Position numbers and translations under genes: made by a program. A stretch of 64,000 nucleotides of DNA from a bacterium (GTDB taxonomy: Bacteria > Zhuqueibacterota > Zhuqueibacteria > Residuimicrobiales > Krinioviventaceae): positions 128,001 to 192,000 of the forward strand of contig CAXXFV010000006.1 of NCBI GenBank assembly GCA_963674595.2. Direction: 5' to 3'. The notes under the pieces were generated by a model. The model was not told the DNA's origin. It saw only the letters and a list, made by a program, of their open reading frames with translations, and did not search any database. Shown here one piece after another: positions 50,021 to 57,707 of the stretch (the stretch's first letter is position 1; each line of letters begins with the position of its first letter).

Positions 50021-50960
50021 AGTATTTTCAGGTACCAGTAATCCTCAATTAGTTTCAGAAATTTGTCAATTTTTAGGAATTGAACAGGGTAAGGTTACAA
50101 TTCATCATTTCTCGAACCAAAATATTAAAGTAAAAATAGAAGAAAATGTTAGAAATGATGATGTTTTTGTTATTCAATCCGCTTCTTTGCCGGTTAACGA
50201 TAATTTTATGGAATTATTAATAATGGTGGATGCTCTTCGTTATGCTTCTGCCGGTCGAATCACTGTTGTATCTCCTTATTATTTTTATTCCAGATCAGAT
50301 AAAAAAGATGAACCACGTATTTCCATCACGGCCCGGTTAGTTTCTGACTTGTTACAAACTTCCGGCGCAAACAGAATTTTGACAATGAAATTGCATTCAC
50401 CTCAAATTATGGGATTTTCCAGAATTCCGGTTGACCAGTTATTAGCGACAAATATTATGTTAAAACATTATCAGCAAAAAGATTTGAGTAATGCCGTTGT
50501 TGCTTCTCCCGATGTGGGCAGTGCAAAAAGTTCTCGTGTTATTGCACGACTTTTAAATTTGCCAATGGTTATTTTAGATAAACAACGTGTTGATGATAAT
50601 GAATGTGTAACAATTAATACTATTATCGGTGATGCACGAGATAAAGATGTTCTTATTATCGATGATGAAATTTTATCCGGCGGTTCTGTACTTCAGGCAG
50701 CAAAGGTCTTGAAAGAACATGGCGCCCGCAGAATTTTAACGGGATGCACACATGGATTCTTTACTAAAGATGCTGCTGAAAAATTTGAGGAATCCTGTAT
50801 AGAAGAGATTTTAACAACGAATACAATACCACAAAATCAAATTGAGAATAACGGCAAGTTTCATGTTTTATCTGTTGCCGAAATTTTTGCCAAAGCCATA
50901 AAAGCAATACATTTTGGAGACTCTGTTGGTGCTTTATTCGATGAAAGTTATAAAAGTTAG
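49977..50960 (+). CDS. prs: Ribose-phosphate pyrophosphokinase (divergent paralog)
   Basis: LKVFSGTSNP, PYYFYSRSDKK, SPDVG, DKQR, IIDDEILSGGS, THG, TNTIP; start may be 50004. Confidence 0.88.
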   Translation: MEERSFSKPMPDSLKVFSGTSNPQLVSEICQFLGIEQGKVTIHHFSNQNIKVKIEENVRNDDVFVIQSASLPVNDNFMELLIMVDALRYASAGRITVVSPYYFYSRSDKKDEPRISITARLVSDLLQTSGANRILTMKLHSPQIMGFSRIPVDQLLATNIMLKHYQQKDLSNAVVASPDVGSAKSSRVIARLLNLPMVILDKQRVDDNECVTINTIIGDARDKDVLIIDDEILSGGSVLQAAKVLKEHGARRILTGCTHGFFTKDAAEKFEESCIEEILTTNTIPQNQIENNGKFHVLSVAEIFAKAIKAIHFGDSVGALFDESYKS

Positions 50961-50983
50961 ATAAAAAAACAAATTATTCAGTC

Positions 50984-51012
50984 TTGACTTCTCTAATATT
51001 CTTTTGTAAATT
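50984..51012 (+). promoter_or_regulatory. sigma70-type promoter for the corrinoid-protein operon
   Basis: TTGACT-17 bp-TAAATT. Confidence 0.5.
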
Positions 51013-51077
51013 GTCTAACTTTAATTATATTCGACCCAAAAACTTTTTAAAGTAATTATCTTGACGAGGAGGAAATA

Positions 51078-51710
51078 ATGGCTGTATTGGAAGATTTGGC
51101 CGCCAGTGTAATTTCTGGAAATGCCCCAAAAACCGAAGAACTGACCAAAAGTGCACTTGAGGGTGGTATTAACCCTGGTGAAGTCCTTAATAATGGACTG
51201 GTTGCAGGAATGGAAGTTGTCGGTAAAAAATTTAAAAACAATGAATTCTACGTCCCAGAGGTTTTGATTGCCGCAAGAGCAATGAAAGCCGGTATGACCA
51301 TCTTACGGCCAAAACTTGCGGAAACCGGAATTGAACCGATTGGAAAATTTGCCATTGGAACAGTAAAAGGTGATTTGCACGATATCGGAAAAAATCTTGT
51401 TGCTATGATGATGGAAGGTGCCGGATTTGAAGTTGTTGATTTGGGCGTTGATGTTGCACCTGAAAAATTTGTTAATGCCGTAAAAGAGAATAATGTAAGC
51501 TACATTGGTATGTCCGCTCTTTTAACAACAACTATGGTAAATATGAAATCCGTTATTGAAACATTGGTATCCAGTGGTGTCAGAAACGATGTTAAAGTTG
51601 TTGTTGGTGGCGCTCCATTAACACAAAATTTTGCCGATGAAATTGGTGCCGATGGTTATGCAGCAGATGCAGCAAGCGCAGTAGATTTGGTTAAAGGTAT
51701 GTTAAATTAA
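51078..51710 (+). CDS. Corrinoid (B12-binding) methyl-acceptor protein, MtaC/MttC-like
   Basis: GMEVVG..F..NEFYVPEVL cap domain, GDLHDIGKNLV (DxHxxG), SALLTTTM, VGGAP. Confidence 0.94.
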   Translation: MAVLEDLAASVISGNAPKTEELTKSALEGGINPGEVLNNGLVAGMEVVGKKFKNNEFYVPEVLIAARAMKAGMTILRPKLAETGIEPIGKFAIGTVKGDLHDIGKNLVAMMMEGAGFEVVDLGVDVAPEKFVNAVKENNVSYIGMSALLTTTMVNMKSVIETLVSSGVRNDVKVVVGGAPLTQNFADEIGADGYAADAASAVDLVKGMLN

Positions 51711-51748
51711 TCGAATATATTTTAATTTTTAAAATGAGTTGAGGAAAA

Positions 51749-52828
51749 ATGGGAGTTGTTGAACTTTTTGTACCCGGCAGGCTATGTCTTTTTGGAGAAC
51801 ATTCTGATTGGGCAGGCGGGTATCGTCGAATCGACTCCTCAGTTCATAAGGGTTACTGTTTAGTGGTTGGCACAGATCAGGGTATTTATGCCACCGCTAA
51901 ACAACATCCGACTAAATTAATTATAAATACTACGTTACCTGATGGCAAGGTTTTAGGCCCTCATGAAATTGACATGAAGCCTAAAAAACTTTTACAAATT
52001 GCTCAGGAAGGTGGCTTTTACAGTTATTCTGCTGGTGTCGCTTATCATACACTTTGTCATTATAACGTTAAAGGATTAGAGATTAATTGTTATAAAATGG
52101 ATCTCCCAATCCGTAAGGGTTTATCTTCTTCTGCTGCCAACAATGTGCTGGTTGCCAGGGCCTTTAACAAACTTTATGATCTTAAATTGACAAAACGCGG
52201 GGAGATGGAAATAGCCTATCAGGGCGAGATATTAACACCTTCACGCTGTGGCCGTATGGATCAGGCTTGTGCCTATGGTACAACACCTGTTTTTCTCACC
52301 TTTGACGGTGAAAGAATGGATGTAGAGGAAAGTTTCCCCAAACATGATATTTATATGGTTGTAACCGATCTAAAAGCCGGTAAAAATACCCAAAAAATAT
52401 TAGCCGACCTGAATGCCTGTTATCCAAAAAGCGGCGGAAAAGTAGGAGAAGATGCAAGATATTATCTTGGCCCGGTAAATAAGGATATATTGTTCCGTGC
52501 CAGGGAAATATTAAAAAACGGAGATGCGGAAAGATTGGGGACGTTAATGACGGAAGCCCAACGATTTTTTGATCATTTTATGGCTCCCGCATGTCCTGAA
52601 GAACTTTTATCTCCTAAACTTCATTTTGTTCTTAGCAATCCGGAGCTTTCAGAGTTGTCCTATGGAGGAAAAGGTGTCGGATCTCAGGGTGATGGATGTA
52701 TTCAGCTTGTAGCAAAAGGAAAAAATGAACAAACCAAATTAATTGAAAAGTTAGCCCATATGAAATTAGATCCTTATCCGTTAACAATTCGCGCAAATAG
52801 TATAGGGCAAACCACTAATAATGAATAA
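51749..52828 (+). CDS. GHMP family sugar kinase
   Basis: PGRLCLFGEHSD, LPIRKGLSSSAA, CGRMDQ, GGKGVGSQGDG. Confidence 0.88.
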   Translation: MGVVELFVPGRLCLFGEHSDWAGGYRRIDSSVHKGYCLVVGTDQGIYATAKQHPTKLIINTTLPDGKVLGPHEIDMKPKKLLQIAQEGGFYSYSAGVAYHTLCHYNVKGLEINCYKMDLPIRKGLSSSAANNVLVARAFNKLYDLKLTKRGEMEIAYQGEILTPSRCGRMDQACAYGTTPVFLTFDGERMDVEESFPKHDIYMVVTDLKAGKNTQKILADLNACYPKSGGKVGEDARYYLGPVNKDILFRAREILKNGDAERLGTLMTEAQRFFDHFMAPACPEELLSPKLHFVLSNPELSELSYGGKGVGSQGDGCIQLVAKGKNEQTKLIEKLAHMKLDPYPLTIRANSIGQTTNNE

Positions 52829-52845
52829 CAATATTTTTATTACTA

Positions 52846-53451
52846 ATGAATATTAAGGTTGTATATTTTGATCTCGGCGGTGTTGTTGTCCGGGTGCATA
52901 TCGAAAAATTTTTTAATAAACTTTCTGAAATTTCCGGGAATTCTTTACAACAAATATCTGATAAAGTAAAATTAATAGAACCATATTATCAAAAATTTGA
53001 ATTAGGGCTTGTTTCCGAAAATGAATTCTATAATAGTATTCATCAAATTTTTGACAATATGAGTTTCGAACAATTTTGCTCTCATTATGTAAATATTTTC
53101 GAACTGGATCTCAAAGTTGCTGATATTATTGAAAAGCTGAGCCCAAATTACCGTCTGTCGGTTATCAGTAACACAGATTCATTACATTTTAATTATATAT
53201 TACAAAATTATTCGGTTTTAAAATTGTTTGAAAAACCTGTCGCATCATACCAGGTGCAAATCAGAAAGCCAGATTTGGCAATCTATCAATATGCGTTAGA
53301 ATCCATGCAATGCAAAGCCTCGGAAAGTATTTTTATTGATGACCGACCTGAGAATGTTGTTGCCGCACAAAAACTTGGTATGAATGCAGTCCTATTTAAA
53401 AATGCCGAAAAATTAATTCAGGATTTTGATTCATTTAATATTATTTTATAA
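52846..53451 (+). CDS. HAD-superfamily phosphatase (YihX-like)
   Basis: FDLGGV, ISNT, RKPD..IY, FIDD. Confidence 0.9.
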   Translation: MNIKVVYFDLGGVVVRVHIEKFFNKLSEISGNSLQQISDKVKLIEPYYQKFELGLVSENEFYNSIHQIFDNMSFEQFCSHYVNIFELDLKVADIIEKLSPNYRLSVISNTDSLHFNYILQNYSVLKLFEKPVASYQVQIRKPDLAIYQYALESMQCKASESIFIDDRPENVVAAQKLGMNAVLFKNAEKLIQDFDSFNIIL

Positions 53452-53465
53452 AACTGGAGGCATAT

Positions 53466-54689
53466 ATGTCCAACTTGGCAATAAACGGCGGCAGCGCCAT
53501 CCGATCTGAAAAATTTCCTGTATGGCCTGTTTGGGGAGACGAAGAGATTGAAAATTTAACACAAGTGATTAAAAGTGGTAAATGGGGTCGTTTACACGGT
53601 ACTGTTACGTCCGAATTTGAAAAAAAATATGCAGAATTTCAACAGGCAAAACATTGTATATGTATTAACAGTGGTACAACAGCTTTAAAAATAGCCTTGT
53701 TGGCTGCTGATGTTGATCCCGGAACAGAGGTAATTGTACCTGCTTATACATTTATTGCAACAGCATCAGCCGTTGTTGAAATGGGCGGAATTCCTGTGTT
53801 TGTTGATATTGATCCAAATACGTATAATATCGATCCTGCAAAGATTGAAGCAGCCATTACCGATAAAACGTCTGCTATTATGCCGGTCCATTTTGCCGGT
53901 CGTCCTGCAGACATGGATGCCATCCTGGCTATTGCTAAAAAACATAATTTAAAAGTTGTTGAAGATGCAGCCCAGGCATGGGGTGCAGAATGGAAAGGCA
54001 CCCGTATGGGCGCTATTGGCGATGCCGGTTGTTTCAGTTTTCAGTCTTCTAAAAATATTAATTCCGGTGAAGGCGGTGCGATTGTAACAAATGATGATGA
54101 AATTGCCCGCATGTCTCATTCTCATTCAAACTGTGGTCGAAGTGAAGATGGTATGTGGTATGAACATTTTTATTTCGGCGGCAATTACCGCATTACCGAA
54201 TTGCAGGCTGCTGTTTTAATGGCACAATTAGGCCGTTATGAAGAGCAGTTAAAAATTCGTCAGGAAAATCATAAATATCTCGATGAAAAATTAGCTAAAA
54301 TCGATGGTATAGAGCCGTTAATTACCGATGATCGTATAACAAGTCATGCCTGCCATATCTATATTTTTAGATATAAAAAGGATGGATTTAATGGTGCTGA
54401 AAAGAAACGTTTTATTGAAGCTTTAAATAAAGAGGGCATTCCTGCAAGTCCCGGATATTCCATACCTCTTTATAATCAACCTGTATTTGAAAAACTGGCT
54501 TTTGGCCCAAGAGGTAAATCAGTTGAACTGGATATTGATTATTCAACTTTTAAATGTCCTGAAACTGAAGTTGCCTGTTATGATGAATCGATTTGGTTGA
54601 CACAAAATGTTTTATTAGGTACAACAGAAGATATGGATGATATTGTTGCTGCCATTTCAAAAATAAAGGAAAATTCTACAGAATTATAG
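53466..54689 (+). CDS. DegT/DnrJ/EryC1/StrS PLP-dependent sugar aminotransferase
   Basis: NSGTTAL, TFIATA, PVHFAG, EDAAQAWG, FSFQSSKN (PLP Lys), GEGG, NYR. Confidence 0.93.
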   Translation: MSNLAINGGSAIRSEKFPVWPVWGDEEIENLTQVIKSGKWGRLHGTVTSEFEKKYAEFQQAKHCICINSGTTALKIALLAADVDPGTEVIVPAYTFIATASAVVEMGGIPVFVDIDPNTYNIDPAKIEAAITDKTSAIMPVHFAGRPADMDAILAIAKKHNLKVVEDAAQAWGAEWKGTRMGAIGDAGCFSFQSSKNINSGEGGAIVTNDDEIARMSHSHSNCGRSEDGMWYEHFYFGGNYRITELQAAVLMAQLGRYEEQLKIRQENHKYLDEKLAKIDGIEPLITDDRITSHACHIYIFRYKKDGFNGAEKKRFIEALNKEGIPASPGYSIPLYNQPVFEKLAFGPRGKSVELDIDYSTFKCPETEVACYDESIWLTQNVLLGTTEDMDDIVAAISKIKENSTEL

Positions 54690-54701
54690 GTTTGATAAGC
54701 A

Positions 54702-54998
54702 ATGTTTAAATTATGCAACGTATGTAGAAGGTATTTTTTTCCAAGTATCAGTTTAATTTTTAAAAGAATGAAATTTGTTTTTCGATGCCCTTATTGTGGA
54801 ACCGAGTATAGTATAGTGAAACATTTAAAACATTGGATTTTTGTTTTTTTCTATGCATTGGTAATTTTTGTTTTATTATTACAGTTAAGTTGTATGCATA
54901 ATTTTGTTCTTAAAGTATTTTTAACTTTTATTTTACTTTTTATTTTTCTTTTTAATTTTTTTTATATTGGAAAACTGGAAAAAATATCGAGATTATAA
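54702..54998 (+). CDS. Small CxxC-x20-CxxC membrane protein (TIGR04104-like)
   Basis: CNVC, exactly 20 residues, CPYC, then two hydrophobic segments. Confidence 0.6.
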   Translation: MFKLCNVCRRYFFPSISLIFKRMKFVFRCPYCGTEYSIVKHLKHWIFVFFYALVIFVLLLQLSCMHNFVLKVFLTFILLFIFLFNFFYIGKLEKISRL

Positions 54999-55006
54999 AC
55001 TTTTTG

Positions 55007-55038
55007 CAGGGACAATTTTTTGTCCCTGTTTTCATTTT
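55007..55038 (+). terminator. Intrinsic terminator
   Basis: CAGGGACAA-TTTT-TTGTCCCTG then TTTTCATTTT. Confidence 0.75.
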
Positions 55039-55115
55039 AACCGATTCCTCTAAAATTTAGTATATTTTAGTTATACATATATAATATTATAATGCAAGAG
55101 AGGAGGCGTATAATA

Positions 55116-56261
55116 ATGGAATTTAATACAGCTATTATTGGTGCCGGATTTATGGGACCGGCCCATACTGAGGCGCTACGCAGAATTGGTGTAAATGTCA
55201 GAGGTATTCTTGGGGTTGACGCACAGGAAACAAAAAAAGCTGCTGAAGCACTAAGGATTCCTGTCTCTTATGACAATTTTGAGAGCGTATTAAAGGATAA
55301 TGCCGTTAATGTTATCCACATTACCACACCCAACAAGCTTCATTATAAAATGGCAAAGGCCGCTCTTGAAGCAGGTAAACATGTGATGTGTGAAAAGCCT
55401 TTGGCAATGACAACAGATGAAACTAGAGAGCTGGTTAAAGTTGCTGAAAAATCCGGCAAGGTCGCTGCTGTTAACCACAATATGCGGTTTTATCCGTTGT
55501 GCATTCAACTAAAAGAAATGATCAAAGCCGGTGATGTTGGTGATTTTTTTGCCGTCAATGGGAGCTATGTTCAAGATTGGCTATTATATGATACCGATTA
55601 TAACTGGCGGGTTTTGGCTGAAGAGGGTGGGGCCGTACGTGCTATTGGTGACATTGGAACGCACTGGCTCGATCTTGTGCAAATGATTACTAAAACCAAA
55701 GTTATAAAAGTTTGTGCGGACTTGAAAACTCTTCACCCGATACGGAAACGACCCACAGGAGAAGTGGAAACTTTTTCAGGTAAAGTGGCAGATGTTCAGG
55801 CCAACCAGGATGTAAAAATTAATACGGAAGATTGTGGAGCTGTCCTTTTACGATTTGAGAATGGAGCAAAAGGCTGTTTATGGGTTTCTCAGGCAACGGC
55901 AGGTCGTAAAAATTGCCTGCGTTTTGAAATATCCGGGACTCAAAAATCGGCTTATTGGGACAGTGAGTCACCAAATGAAATCTGGGTTGGTTATCGCAAT
56001 AAAGCTAATGAACGGCTGCTGAAAGACCCGGGTTTGGCTTTGGATAATGTACGTACATATATCGGTTATCCAGGCGGACACAACGAGGGTTACCCGGATA
56101 GTTTTAAAAATTGTTTCAAGGCTTTTTATTCCTATATTGAAAAGGGCGACTTAAATGCTGAACCTGATTTTGCAACATTTCAGGATGGTCACCATGAGGT
56201 TGCTCTTTGTGAGGCGATATTGAAAAGTCATCAGCAGGAAAAATGGATAGATGTCTTGTAG
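55116..56261 (+). CDS. Gfo/Idh/MocA family NAD(P)-dependent oxidoreductase
   Basis: AGGAGG RBS; IIGAGFMG, GKHVMCEKPLA, DIGTHWLD. Confidence 0.93.
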   Translation: MEFNTAIIGAGFMGPAHTEALRRIGVNVRGILGVDAQETKKAAEALRIPVSYDNFESVLKDNAVNVIHITTPNKLHYKMAKAALEAGKHVMCEKPLAMTTDETRELVKVAEKSGKVAAVNHNMRFYPLCIQLKEMIKAGDVGDFFAVNGSYVQDWLLYDTDYNWRVLAEEGGAVRAIGDIGTHWLDLVQMITKTKVIKVCADLKTLHPIRKRPTGEVETFSGKVADVQANQDVKINTEDCGAVLLRFENGAKGCLWVSQATAGRKNCLRFEISGTQKSAYWDSESPNEIWVGYRNKANERLLKDPGLALDNVRTYIGYPGGHNEGYPDSFKNCFKAFYSYIEKGDLNAEPDFATFQDGHHEVALCEAILKSHQQEKWIDVL

Positions 56262-56294
56262 ATAATTTTTCATAAAAATTCTAATAAATATCAT

Positions 56295-56329
56295 AAAGGA
56301 TTGGTTGTTATCTACCAATCCTTTTTTTT
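56295..56329 (+). terminator. Intrinsic terminator
   Basis: AAAGGATTGGT-N8-ACCAATCCTTT plus T run. Confidence 0.8.
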
Positions 56330-56463
56330 AAATAGAAAATATTGTTCTCTTTTTATGAAACAAATGATTTTATAAAATAGATTGTCGATTTTTTTTTTAT
56401 TGTAGAAATGGATTTTTATGATTATAATTAGAGTTATATTTTTATTTATACGGAGGTTTATTC

Positions 56464-56787
56464 ATGAACCAACAAATGCCATCACAACAGCTTAACATTG
56501 AACTTGGAGAAAAAGAAGCAGAAGGAATCTATTCTAATCTCGCATTAATTTCCCATTCTGCTGCAGAATTTGTACTGGATTTTACAAGGGTTGTACCTGG
56601 TGTTCCTAAAACAAAGGTATACGCACGAATTATTACAACACCCCAACACGCAAAATCCTTATTAAATGCACTTAAGGAAAACATAGACCGATATGAAAAG
56701 CAGTTCGGTGAAATTAAAATAGTCAAAGACGCCGATAAAAATGTACGTCCACTTGGTTTTCACCAGGATGCCCAGAATCAATCTTGA
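56464..56787 (+). CDS. DUF3467 domain protein
   Basis: LNIEL...AEGIYSN...HS..EFVLDF...ARII.TPQHAK...YEKQFGEI. Confidence 0.88.
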   Translation: MNQQMPSQQLNIELGEKEAEGIYSNLALISHSAAEFVLDFTRVVPGVPKTKVYARIITTPQHAKSLLNALKENIDRYEKQFGEIKIVKDADKNVRPLGFHQDAQNQS

Positions 56788-57407
56788 TGGATTACATGTT
56801 TAGAATTTATAAAAAAATTATATTTATAATCATCATCATCTGTTTTTTCTTCAATACACATGCAATTGCAGACGAAGAGCATAGTCTTTTAAACGGCAGT
56901 ATTGGACTTGAGATTGGTATATGGAAACCAAGCTCTCTTGATGACAATCCGACAAAGCCTTTTAAAAATATTGAAGGTGCTGATCCTTGTTTTGGCCTGT
57001 CACTTGTATCTCCGGCTTTTCAGAATTGGGCGGTTTTTGTCACGCTTTTTCAATGGAAACAGCAAGATGTTTTTGAAAAAACAAACATTGAATCCATTAA
57101 CTTGCGCCATATTTCTGCGGGTCTGAAAAATTATGTTCTATCCAATGCACCCATTAGTCCGTTTGTCTGTTTTGGAATGAGTTGTATATGGTCTCAGGAA
57201 AAAACTTTTGAGAGTGATAAAAAAACATCTCTCGATCGTGCCGGTTATGGTTTTAAAGCAGGTGCCGGAATAGATTTTCAACTTTTTTCCCATTCTTCTA
57301 TCAGCACGGAATTTGAATACCATTATGCCCGGTTTAATAAAACCGTTGGTTTAACCGACAATTATAACGGCCCCAAGTTTTCTCTGCGATGGAATTATTT
57401 ATTTTAA
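56784..57407 (+). CDS. Outer membrane beta-barrel (OmpA/OmpW-like 8-stranded) protein
   Basis: Signal peptide, ISPFVCFG, GFKAGAGIDF, terminal WNYLF; start uncertain. Confidence 0.7.
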   Translation: MMDYMFRIYKKIIFIIIIICFFFNTHAIADEEHSLLNGSIGLEIGIWKPSSLDDNPTKPFKNIEGADPCFGLSLVSPAFQNWAVFVTLFQWKQQDVFEKTNIESINLRHISAGLKNYVLSNAPISPFVCFGMSCIWSQEKTFESDKKTSLDRAGYGFKAGAGIDFQLFSHSSISTEFEYHYARFNKTVGLTDNYNGPKFSLRWNYLF

Positions 57408-57707
57408 TATTTCACCTTTGTAATTGCAATGTATTGTTTTGAACCAAATTTGTTTTAGGGCAATACAGTGAAATTTTACAAAAAAGTCACTTTTTAGATT
57501 TAAGTGTTTAACTAATAGTTTTTTTTATAGATATACATTTTCATAGATGTTTTTGCACATATTTATCTAGTTTATTTAATAACAATATATTAGGTCGATT
57601 TGTTCGAATGTGTTTCATACTTTTTTTTATTAAATTCGGGGTACAATCTTTGCTCGTCATTGGTCATTTATTTCTGGATTTTGATATTTTAGTTGATGGA
57701 GGATTTT

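Noticed and set aside
1245-57323. Many 60-200 aa antisense or alternate-frame ORFs in the track
   Set aside because: They overlap well-supported genes and have no recognisable motifs.
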